Source: Parcubacteria group bacterium M6-OD1-3 (GTDB lineage: Bacteria > Patescibacteriota > Minisyncoccia > Moranbacterales > UBA9337). From it: a stretch of 64,000 nt of DNA. This document shows positions 1 through 10,070 of the stretch, piece by piece. The notes beneath the pieces are model-generated. The model saw nothing but the letters and a program-made list of their open reading frames with translations. It was not told the DNA's origin and did no database searches. The stretch lies in contig LSNR01000002.1 of NCBI GenBank assembly GCA_003056165.1, forward strand, positions 2,726 through 66,725. The letters are read 5' to 3'. Each line of letters begins with the position of its first letter. Position 1 is the first letter of the stretch. Made by a program: the position numbers and the translations under genes.

Positions 1-1529
1 ATTTTTCCATGATGTATTTTAACCATTTTCCTGCCAACATAAATTCCCAATCCCGTTCCCTCGGAACCCAAACGCTCCGTACTTGTTCCGCGCGAAAATT
101 TCTTGAACAAATTTGGCATATCTTTTTTTAAAATACCCACTCCAGTATCACTCACCGATATTCTAACTTTTTTATTATCGATGTTTTTTTCTTCTATTGT
201 TATTTTTCCTTTTCTTGTATATTTTATAGCATTATCAACAAGGTTTGAAAGCACTTCTCTAATTCGTTTGCTATCCATTTTTATTTTAGGCAAAGGTGTC
301 TCTGTTTTTTTTAAAATAAGTTTTAGACCTTTTTCCTTAGCTCTCATTTCAAAAGATTTATATACTTCGTCAACTATTTTCCTGCAATCCTGATTGTCCT
401 CAAAATTATATTGTATTCTACCTGATTCTATTCGAGAAATATCCAAAATATCTTCCACCAATTCAATTAACCTTTCATTTGAAACCAGCGTTCGCTTAAG
501 ATAATCCTTTATTTTTTCGTTTAAATTATCTCCACCCTCCTCTAATGCCATACTCACATAACCCTTTATAATCGTCGGTGGTGTTCTTAATTGATGTGCC
601 GCGATAGAAACGAATTCGTTCTTAGCATCATCCAATGCAATTAATTTCTCATTGGTTTTTTTTAATTTTTTAGCTAAGAATTTTAATTTTTCTTTTTGTG
701 CCACTTCTTGGTCAAAGCTTTTTTTCAATAAATAACTTGTAAAAGCAACTGCAACGAAAAATAACATTTTAACAATATATTCTTGTATTGTTTCTGAAAT
801 AAAGATATAGCTAAAAGCAACTACATTTAATAGTATTATCAGCGCATGCAAGGTTAACACTTTAATTTTTAAAAGCTTATATTGCGTTATTGCATACCCT
901 GTAATAATAGCAAAAAATAATCCAGATAAATAGAATATCGGAGGTACATTAACACCGTAAGCCGGCAAAAAGCCAACTGATCCAGTTGTTAATACTAGTA
1001 ATGCCAAAAATTCCGTTCGCGCTTTTTGTCTTAAAATACCCAAATTAGATCGACACAAAACAATTATCTCATTAAACATTAGCACTAGATATACAATAAA
1101 AAATATCAAAAAAAAGTGATGGAAAATCTGTGCTTTAGAATGAATCCCCCATGAATATTCATAAACATTATTAACAAATAGTTTTGTAAATAAATTCAAT
1201 AATAAAAAAATAAGCGAAAAAATATAACCAACAATAACAATCATTTTTCTTTTTTTAAATTTTTCAGCAAAAATAACAGCAAAATGATATACTGTTGAAG
1301 GAATAAAAATAACAGCAACATATATTAATTTATCCCAAAAAAACGCTTCTTCAGTTGTATGACTTTTAAGCATCATAAATGTTCCACTTAACCACGCAAA
1401 AATAATAAAAGAAAAAACCAAAAACAATATATTTAATTGATTTCTTTTTCCATTAACAAAAACAATTATTCCTAAAGCTAGTACAAATATAGAGCTTATT
1501 AATGGTAATAATTTTATAATATTATCCAT
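1..1529 (-). CDS. Sensor histidine kinase with N-terminal multi-TM domain (3' end runs off window)
   Basis: Manually translated from ATG at 1529 (MDNIIKLLPLISSIFVLALG...). Hydrophobic N-terminal half, H-box EFVSIAAHQLRTP, N-box NLVDNAIKY, G1 box VSDTGVG, G2 box GTGLG. Absent from the ORF track because it has no stop in the window. Confidence 0.9.
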   Translation of the reverse strand, partial: MDNIIKLLPLISSIFVLALGIIVFVNGKRNQLNILFLVFSFIIFAWLSGTFMMLKSHTTEEAFFWDKLIYVAVIFIPSTVYHFAVIFAEKFKKRKMIVIVGYIFSLIFLLLNLFTKLFVNNVYEYSWGIHSKAQIFHHFFLIFFIVYLVLMFNEIIVLCRSNLGILRQKARTEFLALLVLTTGSVGFLPAYGVNVPPIFYLSGLFFAIITGYAITQYKLLKIKVLTLHALIILLNVVAFSYIFISETIQEYIVKMLFFVAVAFTSYLLKKSFDQEVAQKEKLKFLAKKLKKTNEKLIALDDAKNEFVSIAAHQLRTPPTIIKGYVSMALEEGGDNLNEKIKDYLKRTLVSNERLIELVEDILDISRIESGRIQYNFEDNQDCRKIVDEVYKSFEMRAKEKGLKLILKKTETPLPKIKMDSKRIREVLSNLVDNAIKYTRKGKITIEEKNIDNKKVRISVSDTGVGILKKDMPNLFKKFSRGTSTERLGSEGTGLGIYVGRKMVKIHHGK

Positions 1530-1599
1530 TTATATTTAGATATTTTACTTTCTTATATTCAAAATATAACACAAAATTACCGTAAAACAAAATTAAAAA

Positions 1600-1635
1600 T
1601 ACCCGTGTCGCAACACAATAATTGCAACACGGGTA
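1600..1635 (-). terminator. Intrinsic terminator-like hairpin downstream of the SDR gene
   Basis: tacccgtgtcgcaa ... ttgcaacacgggta stem, followed by a U-rich run on the minus strand. Confidence 0.6.
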
Positions 1636-1641
1636 GGATTT

Positions 1642-2784
1642 CTAATTCAAAAGATGCATAATTTCATAAACACGAGACTTTTTGAACTCACACCTTAACG
1701 CAAAGTTCAAAAGCGTTTTTATAAGTTCTTGCGTGATCGGCGGATGCTCACAAAAAATATCGCCAAGAGCACAACGGCAGTTTTCTTGCGAAAAACGAGG
1801 AGTCCAAGATGTAAATGGTCTATAATCCCTTGTTCCTCGAGTAATTGCTGCCTGCAAAATACGCAGAACTCTTTTTGTAGTTTTTTTAGGATCTCTCCTG
1901 ACTGACGGCCCAGAAATTCCCAAGACATTTAAGCTCATTTGGAGCAATTCATCATACTCTGGAGCGTTGGCGTTCGTTATGTTAAACACGCCCGGAATAC
2001 CAACGGAAAATAAATTTGCTATCAACATCACAACATAATCAATTGTCACAACATTAATTGTTGCTCCAACAACTCCCGGTACTGCTACTGGAAGGTGTAA
2101 AGTTGAATCCGAAGAATGAAGGATTTTTTTGCGAACAAAACCTGTCCCATCACTCATCTTAGCAAAAGGTTTCATAAAACGGTACCAACCACCGTCCATA
2201 GAAGTAGTTAACCCATCTATACTACGCCCGATAACAATACTCGGAGCGTAGATAAAAACTTTCCGTTCCGACTTTTCTTTCCCCCATTTCATAACCTTAA
2301 CCTCTGCTAAAGCTTTTGGCATTGTATAGGAGTTTACAAAATCACTCAAACGAAGATCATCTTCTTTTACAATCCCGTTTTTCATAAAATCTCTGGCGAA
2401 TACCGTTGATACATAATGAAACTCGGGAATATTATGCCTGGACGCAAACGCCAACATTTTCTTCGTTCCTTCTAGATTGGTTGCCGAAATCTGCCCGGCA
2501 AACTTCTTTTCAAAACGAATATCGCCAGCACAGTGGAAAATCGCGTCAACATTTTTTCCTGCCCAATCAGGAATATTATCCAAATCGCCAGAAGCGACCA
2601 GGAAGTTTCCGTCAAGAGCGTTAGTATCAACAAGCGCAAGAGCATCTCGCACCCGAGTTTCAGCTAACAGCCCATGTTTTTCTCTGGCAAGAAAAACAAG
2701 TTGACAGTCTCTCTGAAGAAATTCAACAGCCAAAAACTGGCCGATAAATCCTGTACCACCGGTCAACAAAATTTTCTTGAACAT
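1642..2784 (-). CDS. Extended SDR / NAD-dependent epimerase-reductase (male-sterility/FAR-like)
   Basis: TGGTGFIG Rossmann motif, IFHCAG, YVST, YxxxK (YTMPK), PSIVIG; strong SD AAGGAGG. Confidence 0.8.
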   Translation of the reverse strand: MFKKILLTGGTGFIGQFLAVEFLQRDCQLVFLAREKHGLLAETRVRDALALVDTNALDGNFLVASGDLDNIPDWAGKNVDAIFHCAGDIRFEKKFAGQISATNLEGTKKMLAFASRHNIPEFHYVSTVFARDFMKNGIVKEDDLRLSDFVNSYTMPKALAEVKVMKWGKEKSERKVFIYAPSIVIGRSIDGLTTSMDGGWYRFMKPFAKMSDGTGFVRKKILHSSDSTLHLPVAVPGVVGATINVVTIDYVVMLIANLFSVGIPGVFNITNANAPEYDELLQMSLNVLGISGPSVRRDPKKTTKRVLRILQAAITRGTRDYRPFTSWTPRFSQENCRCALGDIFCEHPPITQELIKTLLNFALRCEFKKSRVYEIMHLLN

Positions 2785-2896
2785 TGTTATCCTCCTTTTG
2801 TGATGACAAATACCAGTTTTTATTTTTTGCCGTTAAAAATTTTGCTAAATCAAAATACTACCATTTTTATACCACGCCGAAACAAATATGTCCAAT

Positions 2897-2925
2897 AAAA
2901 AACAGCGAGGTTGAACCTCGCTGTT
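2897..2925 (-). terminator. Intrinsic terminator of the ABC exporter operon
   Basis: aacagcgaggtt-g-aacctcgctgtt perfect stem with a U tract on the minus strand. Confidence 0.75.
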
Positions 2926-2955
2926 AAAATTATTACACTATACAAACACACCTCA

Positions 2956-3639
2956 TTATGTTGTTTGTAATTTTCCATCTTTCAACCACACTGATCTATC
3001 TACATATTTCTTATCATCTGGCTCGTGCGTGACCATAATAATTGTCTGATTATATTTGTCTGCTAATTCACGCATCACCTCCAAAACCGCTTCTGCCGCC
3101 TCAGAATCCAAATTCGCTGTCGGCTCATCAGCGAAAAGAATGTCAGGTTTATTCACAATTGCACGCGCGATTGAAACTCTTTGTTGTTCGCCACCGGACA
3201 ATTCCGAAGGTAAATTATTCTCACGACCATTTAATCCAACTCTCTCAAGGATTTCTTTAATATCTTTATTATACTGTCTTTTTGATTTTCCTAATGCCAT
3301 CATAGGCAAAGCAATATTCTCATATAGAGTTAATTCTGGAATTAAGGCATAATCTTGAAAGACATACCCCAACACTTCTAACCGAAACTTTGCCCGATCT
3401 TGTTCCGATAATTTCGAAACATCAATACCATTTATTTCTATATATCCAGATGTTGGTCGATCCAGTAAAGCAATCTGATGCAAAAAGGTAGATTTTCCAG
3501 AACCACTTCGCCCCATCAATGCCACGAATTCACCCTTTTTTAATTCTATATCAATCCCTTTCAATGCATAAACTGGACTAGCTGTATTCGCTTTATATGT
3601 CTTAACCAAATCTTTAGTTTTTAAAATATATTCTTTCAT
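2956..3639 (-). CDS. ABC transporter ATP-binding protein (LolD/MacB family)
   Basis: Walker A GRSGSGKS, LSGGEQQRV signature, ADEPT. Confidence 0.92.
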   Translation of the reverse strand: MKEYILKTKDLVKTYKANTASPVYALKGIDIELKKGEFVALMGRSGSGKSTFLHQIALLDRPTSGYIEINGIDVSKLSEQDRAKFRLEVLGYVFQDYALIPELTLYENIALPMMALGKSKRQYNKDIKEILERVGLNGRENNLPSELSGGEQQRVSIARAIVNKPDILFADEPTANLDSEAAEAVLEVMRELADKYNQTIIMVTHEPDDKKYVDRSVWLKDGKLQTT

Positions 3640-3646
3640 ATAATAA

Positions 3647-4867
3647 TTAGCGCATTAAATCAAGAATTTTTTTACGGACTTCTTTTATTGCCGGCAAAAA
3701 TGATCCTATTAATCCAGCGATGATAAACAAGATTATGCTCATTTTCAAAGCCGACTTTTTTATTGATGGAACCATATCGCCCATCGGAAAATCAATTGGA
3801 TGTACTTTGAAAAAATTTATTACTCCAAATCTCATTAACAAATATCCTAATGCCATTCCTAATACAGTATAAAACATTCCCCGAATTACATAAGAATACA
3901 TTATAGCACCTTCTGGAATACCGATAGCTTTCAAAATTCCAATTTGTTTACGACGATTAACAATATCAACAAAAATAATAATAAATATTACCAATCCAGC
4001 TACAAATGATCCTATTACACGCAAAATTGAACCGATCATATCAAAGGATTTATTTATTGTTCTACCAAACTCCAATTTATTATTCCAGTCAGAGATATCA
4101 TATGCTCCAAGATTTAATTTTTCAAAATCAACAACAGCTACAGGCGATAAACTTCTATCAGTTAATCTTACAATAATTTCACTAGATTCATTTGTTGTTC
4201 CTAAAATTGACTTTAAATCATTTTGTGTCACTATCAACTTTGAATCGGTATCAAAATTTTTTGTTTTATATACACCGACAATTTCATAATCCCTACTTAT
4301 ATCATTATCATATTTTACAGTAATCGTATCACCAGGTCGAACACCTTCCAAATCATCTGGAAACACAGAGCTACCATAACCACCAGCAACATCCGCGCCA
4401 ATAATTGCTTTCCCATAGTCACCCTTTCTCAAATAACGACCACTGACTATTTTAGAAGAAACATCAATTGCTTTAGACTCTTTTTCTGGGTTAATACCAA
4501 TAACGCCCCCCGAAAAACGAACTACATCTCTGCCATCATTATTTTTATCATTTATTAGCGTAGCACCAGTTCGCAAATGCGAAGTAACCGCCTTTATATA
4601 ATAAAAATCTTTTATTTCATTGATGATGTCATTAGTATTTTTAATATATTTATCTCCATCTTGTGGCTCAAAAATAACCTCACCGTATTGATAATTTATT
4701 TTACCATTATCCATTGTTACAGAAATTCCAGTAAAAATTGAATCGATAAAAAGTAAATTTAAAAATACGACAAGCATGATTAATATTGTCAAAATGAATG
4801 AACCTTTATCTCCTCGTAAAATAGTTTTAATTGCTAAAAATATTGAAAGTTTTGCATTTTTAAACAT
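3647..4867 (-). CDS. ABC transporter permease (FtsX/MacB family)
   Basis: One N-terminal TM, large periplasmic loop, RRKQIGILKAIG motif, three C-terminal TMs. Confidence 0.88.
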   Translation of the reverse strand: MFKNAKLSIFLAIKTILRGDKGSFILTILIMLVVFLNLLFIDSIFTGISVTMDNGKINYQYGEVIFEPQDGDKYIKNTNDIINEIKDFYYIKAVTSHLRTGATLINDKNNDGRDVVRFSGGVIGINPEKESKAIDVSSKIVSGRYLRKGDYGKAIIGADVAGGYGSSVFPDDLEGVRPGDTITVKYDNDISRDYEIVGVYKTKNFDTDSKLIVTQNDLKSILGTTNESSEIIVRLTDRSLSPVAVVDFEKLNLGAYDISDWNNKLEFGRTINKSFDMIGSILRVIGSFVAGLVIFIIIFVDIVNRRKQIGILKAIGIPEGAIMYSYVIRGMFYTVLGMALGYLLMRFGVINFFKVHPIDFPMGDMVPSIKKSALKMSIILFIIAGLIGSFLPAIKEVRKKILDLMR

Positions 4868-4881
4868 AATAATCTACTATT

Positions 4882-5877
4882 CTATTTATCTTGTGGCATC
4901 ACAATTTTATCATTAACATTCAGTCCAGATACAACCTCAACAAAATCATCCCCTACTAAGCCGACTTCAAAATGTTTTTTAACAAATTGACTATCATCAG
5001 AAGTCTTATCATCTAATACATAGACAAAATATCCATTTTCATCTTTTTTAGTAAAATCACGAGATACTGCTATAACATTTGTTTTTTTATTAATTTCAAT
5101 GTCAATTTCTGCATTCATTCCATCCAAGATAATCGCATCTTTTTTATCATCAAGAACTACAATCGCACGATAATATGTACTATTTTGGTCAACCGTACTT
5201 GAAGTATCAATTGATGTTAATTTTCCTTTCACAATTTTATTTGGATAAGCGTCTAAAGAGATAAACGCTTCATCACCTATAATAATTTTAGAAAAATCAA
5301 CCTCTGGGATTAAAGCCTCTAGCCTTAATGAAGTTGGATCAATAATTCTCATTATAATACCTTTAGCTACTTCTCCAACCTGAGCATCTTGCCTAATAAC
5401 GATGCCATTAATTGGCGATACAATCGTCGTCTTTTCAGCTTGTGCCAAAACTTCTCGCAAAGATTGTCGCGCTTGTTCTGTTGTTTTTTTAACATTTTCT
5501 CTTTCTTCTGGTTTTAGCATATCCCATTTTCGTCGTGCATTTATTTCTGCTAGTTCCGCTCGCTCTACTGCAAGTTTAGCATTTTCTGTCTGAGCCTTAA
5601 TAGAGTCTTTGTTTAAGGTAAACAAAACCTGCCCTTTTGTGACATGGTCATTAATTAATACATCTACAGTATCAATTAACGCTGGTAATTCCGAAGAAAT
5701 ATTGGCATAAATATCCGGCTTCACTTGTGCATCAACATTTATTGTTTTACGAATATCAGTCTTAACAACTTGATTCTCATTATATGGTTGTTCATTTTTT
5801 CGCGATCGTACAAAAAAAATAGCGGAAACTATTATAATAATTATAACAACAACGCTAATGATAGTATTTTTTTTCAT
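4882..5877 (-). CDS. Efflux membrane fusion protein (MacA/HlyD-like)
   Basis: N-terminal TM anchor, lipoyl half-motifs (VTKGQVLF, IVSPING), coiled hairpin; operon context. Confidence 0.85.
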   Translation of the reverse strand: MKKNTIISVVVIIIIIVSAIFFVRSRKNEQPYNENQVVKTDIRKTINVDAQVKPDIYANISSELPALIDTVDVLINDHVTKGQVLFTLNKDSIKAQTENAKLAVERAELAEINARRKWDMLKPEERENVKKTTEQARQSLREVLAQAEKTTIVSPINGIVIRQDAQVGEVAKGIIMRIIDPTSLRLEALIPEVDFSKIIIGDEAFISLDAYPNKIVKGKLTSIDTSSTVDQNSTYYRAIVVLDDKKDAIILDGMNAEIDIEINKKTNVIAVSRDFTKKDENGYFVYVLDDKTSDDSQFVKKHFEVGLVGDDFVEVVSGLNVNDKIVMPQDK

Positions 5878-5970
5878 AGTATAATGTCTATATAAATAAT
5901 TTTATATTAAAAATAGATTAGAGTACTTCTTCATAGTATCACAATCCAATTAACTAAGCCAGGAAAGTCA

Positions 5971-6282
5971 CTAACTTTGTTTATTGTTTCCTGCAACTTT
6001 AATAACCATATCAAAATTGTCGTCATCAATAATTTTGTTTTTCTTTTTAAATCCGCACTTTATACATTTATGCAATACGCCGTACTTTCCGTTTTTTAAA
6101 TCAACACTAATTGGCTTCATCATTCCACCACATTTTTCCATTCTGTCGCCGGGATTTATATCAACATGCTTACTCCATAAACATTGCGGACAATGGTTGG
6201 TATATCCATTGCCATTGACCATTTGCCCACAATTCTCGCAAACAAAATTTTCTTTCTTTCTTTGAAATTTTTTACTTAACAT
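5971..6282 (-). CDS. RNHCP domain zinc-binding protein
   Basis: FVCENCG...TNHCPQCLWSKHVD...PGDR...CGG...HKCIKCG. Confidence 0.85.
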   Translation of the reverse strand: MLSKKFQRKKENFVCENCGQMVNGNGYTNHCPQCLWSKHVDINPGDRMEKCGGMMKPISVDLKNGKYGVLHKCIKCGFKKKNKIIDDDNFDMVIKVAGNNKQS

Positions 6283-6790
6283 TTGATTTTTTTAAATAAT
6301 CACCGATTTTAATCTTACACTTATTTATTTTTCCGGCATTTAATTCCAAAACTTGATTTATTGGTTTTGACGGGAAAACTGTTCGTCGAGATTTTTCCGA
6401 AAAATCTTTTTCAAAACCGACAACCTCTTCGTCTTTTAACCAAAGCAAATCAATTGGAAAACGCATATCTTTCATCCAAAAACCATACTTACCTTCTCGA
6501 GAAAATTTAAAAAACATTCCACAATCAACGCAAAGGCTATTTCTATCGGACAAACCCTTCCTCCTTACCTTCGGAGTTTCAGCAATTTCAATATTAAATC
6601 TGCAATCACCTACAACGATTGTCCGCCCAACAATTATTTTATCCCTGCTTAAAGTAGTACGCTCAGTATCAACTTTTTCTTTCAATTCAATAACCCCAAC
6701 GACAAAAAACAATCCGACAAAAACAATTATTCCCGCTAATAGTTTTTGTTTTTTATTCATAAGACTATAATATAATATTTTTTTCAACAA
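6272..6790 (-). CDS. DUF192 family protein
   Basis: RRKGLS, GMFFKF, FWMKDMRFPID, VLELNAG motifs; N-terminal TM. Confidence 0.85.
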   Translation of the reverse strand: MLKKILYYSLMNKKQKLLAGIIVFVGLFFVVGVIELKEKVDTERTTLSRDKIIVGRTIVVGDCRFNIEIAETPKVRRKGLSDRNSLCVDCGMFFKFSREGKYGFWMKDMRFPIDLLWLKDEEVVGFEKDFSEKSRRTVFPSKPINQVLELNAGKINKCKIKIGDYLKKSNVK

Positions 6791-7830
6791 TGAGGATTAA
6801 CCTCACTATTGGAAACATCACTGTTAATATAAAATGTAACTAGCATAATTATTCCGACACAAAAAACAAATATTATTTTGCCAGCAGTGGAAACATTTAG
6901 TGCCAATATAGCAATTGCAAAAGTGATTGTGTAAAAAAATAATGATATTTTTCTTTGCGACCAACCTAATTTTAATAAACGATAATGTAGATGTTCCTGA
7001 TCCGGACTGAAAATTGATTTTCTATTCTTAATTCTTCTACCAATAACCCAAAAAAAATCAACAACGGGAACTGCCATAACCAACAATGTTGTAGCAATTT
7101 TTGTTCCGGCAAAAATTGATAATCCCACCAAAGCAAACCCCATAAAAAAAGCTCCGCTCGTTCCCGCCATAATTTTTGCCGGATAAAAATTAAAGCATAA
7201 AAACCCGACTAACCCGCCTGCTAAAATTATCGCAATTATGGCTACCGGCGGTTGATTCACTTCAGGCTTTAATGACAAAAAGAAAACTGTCATAATTGCA
7301 ATCAATGAAACTCCACCGCTCAAACCATCTATTCCATCCAGCCAATTTACCGCATTCATCAAAACCAACGCCCAGATTATCGTAATTAATGTTCCAATAA
7401 TTACCTTTACATTCGTATCAAAATAAAAAACTCCGCCAAATGGGTTAGTTATATAATTTATTTTTGCTCCGAAAATAAACAGTATTGAAATAACACAAAT
7501 TTGAAAAAATAATTGCCAACGCCAATCAATTTCCCCAAAATCATCCCATAATCCGACTATTAAAATAACGAAGCCTCCCAACATCATCCCCCATAAAATA
7601 TTACTGATTACTAAATTTCTGTCTAAAAAAACAGTAATCGCAAAAGATAGAATAAGCGCGATACCTCCCAATCTGGAAATATTTCTTTTATGAATATGTC
7701 GCTCCTCACCCCGCATCTTGGAAAAAATTTTTATTCCCTTTTTACCAACCTTATCGCTCCAAAATAAAACCAAAAAAATAACTCCTCCACTTATCACCAA
7801 CGCTATCAAAAATGGTTGTAAATATAACAT
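6784..7830 (-). CDS. Undecaprenyl-phosphate GlcNAc-1-phosphate transferase (WecA/TagO, MraY family)
   Basis: GLWDD, NAVNWLDGIDGL, FNFYPAKI, HLHYRL; polytopic membrane protein. Confidence 0.88.
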   Translation of the reverse strand: MLYLQPFLIALVISGGVIFLVLFWSDKVGKKGIKIFSKMRGEERHIHKRNISRLGGIALILSFAITVFLDRNLVISNILWGMMLGGFVILIVGLWDDFGEIDWRWQLFFQICVISILFIFGAKINYITNPFGGVFYFDTNVKVIIGTLITIIWALVLMNAVNWLDGIDGLSGGVSLIAIMTVFFLSLKPEVNQPPVAIIAIILAGGLVGFLCFNFYPAKIMAGTSGAFFMGFALVGLSIFAGTKIATTLLVMAVPVVDFFWVIGRRIKNRKSIFSPDQEHLHYRLLKLGWSQRKISLFFYTITFAIAILALNVSTAGKIIFVFCVGIIMLVTFYINSDVSNSEVNPHC

Positions 7831-7833
7831 AAT

Positions 7834-8925
7834 CTAAATATTATTTTCCACAAACTCTTTTATTTTTTTCTTAAAAATTTCTCGGTCAAATTTTAAAGAT
7901 TTTGATCTGATATAATTTCCATCAAAGTCTTCACTGCGAAATTTTTTAACAGCGGTTACAACATCTCCAGCTCGCTGTTTTTCAAAAAAGATTCCAATTT
8001 TTCCTTCTTCCATATGTTCCGCAATATCTCCACCTCGATATGCAATAAGCGGTCGTCCCGATGCCATCGCTTCAATCGCCACAATTCCAAAATCTTCCTC
8101 TTGTGGGAAAATAAAAGCTTTGCAATTAGCATAATATTTCGGCAAGCTAGCATCATCAACTCTACCCAAAAATTCAATATTGCTTTTTGCCATTTTTTGC
8201 AAACGCTTCATCTCCGGACCACGTCCAATTATTTTTAACGACAATCCCAACCTATTAAAAGCTTCTATAACAATGTCGTGTCGCTTATAAGCAATCAATC
8301 TACCAACCATCAAGAAGTAACTTCCTCTTTTTTCTGAATTATTTTCAACATAAAAATTATCAACCGCTACCGGCGGATTTATGACTCTTGACTTTTTTCT
8401 ATAATATTTAGATATTCTCTTGGCGACAAAATTTGAGTTGGCAATAAATTTATCAACCCGTTCTGCACTAACCGAATCCCAAATACGAACGAAATTCATA
8501 AAAAACGGAATCGTTCTTTTAATAAATTTTGGAAAACCGAAATCATCCGTATATTTTTGACAATCATCCCACGCATAACGCATCGGCGTGTGCATATAAC
8601 AAATATGTGTAGTTTCCGGACCAGTAATAATTCCTTTGGCGTAACTTGAGGAATCCGAAAGAACAACATCATATTTTGAAAAATCAAATTGCTCTATTGC
8701 CGATGGCATTAACATTGGAAACAGACGATGCCTTTTTTTTGCCAAGGGAAATTTCTGTAAAAATGAAGTATGAATTTTTTTGTTTTCAAAAACACCATGC
8801 ATGACATCTTTGTCATACACAATAGTGTAAATATGAGCGTGTGGGAAAATTTCCGTAAAACATTCCAATACTCTCTCCGCCCCGCCATATTGAATAAGAT
8901 AATCGTGAACTAAAGCTATCTTCAT
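7834..8925 (-). CDS. Glycosyltransferase family 4
   Basis: HDYLIQYGGAERVL N-terminus; EDFGIVAIEAMASG motif. Confidence 0.9.
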   Translation of the reverse strand: MKIALVHDYLIQYGGAERVLECFTEIFPHAHIYTIVYDKDVMHGVFENKKIHTSFLQKFPLAKKRHRLFPMLMPSAIEQFDFSKYDVVLSDSSSYAKGIITGPETTHICYMHTPMRYAWDDCQKYTDDFGFPKFIKRTIPFFMNFVRIWDSVSAERVDKFIANSNFVAKRISKYYRKKSRVINPPVAVDNFYVENNSEKRGSYFLMVGRLIAYKRHDIVIEAFNRLGLSLKIIGRGPEMKRLQKMAKSNIEFLGRVDDASLPKYYANCKAFIFPQEEDFGIVAIEAMASGRPLIAYRGGDIAEHMEEGKIGIFFEKQRAGDVVTAVKKFRSEDFDGNYIRSKSLKFDREIFKKKIKEFVENNI

Positions 8926-9056
8926 ATATCTAAATAATAGCTTTTTTGTAAATTTTAATCAAATTGTTTGATTTACATTTAAATCTAAGTGCTCTATATT
9001 GAAAAAACGATTTTTAGTGAATTTTTATTTTCTCTATTCAATTATTTCCAATTGAA

Positions 9057-10061
9057 TTAATTTTTATTTGCAAGCTGTCCACAACCAGCATTGATGTCCG
9101 AACCAAAACTTTTTCGAACTGTTACATTAACACCCTCTTTTTTAAGAATTTTTTTAAACTTATTTACTCTATTTTCAGAAGAAGCCCTAAAATCACCAGT
9201 TGTATTATATTTAATCAAATTTACCATATATAATGGTTTTTTCATCAAACCAGCCAACTCTTTAGCGTGTCTTGCTGAATCATTTACATTTTCAATCAAC
9301 AAATATTCGAACATTACTTTTCGAGACTTTTTAACAATATATTCATCTACAACACCCAGCAACTCTTTTATTTTATTTTCTTTATTTGTTGGTATCAATT
9401 TTGACCGCAATTCATCATTCGGAGCATGCAATGAAATTGCTAAATTAATTTGCTCTTTTTCTTCGGTAAATTTTTTAATACCAACAATAATTCCAACGGT
9501 AGAAATTGAAATGTTTCGCGCCCCTAATCCAATAAACTCTTCTTTGTTTAAAATTTGCACTGCTGTCATCACTTGGTCATAATTTAAAAATGGCTCGCCC
9601 ATTCCCATAAATATCACATTGGTAATTTTTTCTTGGTCACCAAAATTCTTTTTTAAATAACGAGCGAAAAATAAAAACTGACTGATTATTTCCTCACTTG
9701 TTAAATTTCTATTAAACCCCATTTTTCCTGTTGCACAAAAAGCACAGCCTCCAGCGCAACCAACTTGTGAAGAAACACAAAGAGAATTTCGATTATCTTT
9801 ATTTCGCATTAGCACTGTTTCAATTTTAGCTCCATCACTAAAAGATAATAAAGCCTTAAAAGTTTTACCATCCGCTGAAGGAAAAATTTCTCCCTCTATC
9901 TCCAATAAACAATCTTTTTTTAATTCTTCTTTTAAATTATTTGGAATATTAGTCATTTCATCCCATTCGGAAATAAACTGCTTAAAAACAGCCTGCTGAA
10001 TTTGTTTTTGTCTATAACTAGGCTCCTTCTTTAATATTTTTTCCAAATTTTCTAAATTCAT
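9057..10061 (-). CDS. rlmN: 23S rRNA/tRNA m2A methyltransferase RlmN (radical SAM)
   Basis: CVSSQVGCAGGCAFCATG (CxxxCxxC), MGMGEP, C-terminal GCGQL. Confidence 0.88.
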   Translation of the reverse strand: MNLENLEKILKKEPSYRQKQIQQAVFKQFISEWDEMTNIPNNLKEELKKDCLLEIEGEIFPSADGKTFKALLSFSDGAKIETVLMRNKDNRNSLCVSSQVGCAGGCAFCATGKMGFNRNLTSEEIISQFLFFARYLKKNFGDQEKITNVIFMGMGEPFLNYDQVMTAVQILNKEEFIGLGARNISISTVGIIVGIKKFTEEKEQINLAISLHAPNDELRSKLIPTNKENKIKELLGVVDEYIVKKSRKVMFEYLLIENVNDSARHAKELAGLMKKPLYMVNLIKYNTTGDFRASSENRVNKFKKILKKEGVNVTVRKSFGSDINAGCGQLANKN

Positions 10062-10070
10062 GATGATATT

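Noticed and set aside
103-393. Plus-strand 96-aa ORF and the many other short antisense ORFs in the track
   Set aside because: Shadows of well-supported genes on the opposite strand (here the histidine kinase).
9057-10061. Cfr resistance methyltransferase, suggested by the adjacent ABC-F and MFS genes
   Set aside because: The motif LCVSSQVGC is RlmN-type rather than the Cfr-type CISSQCGC; called rlmN.
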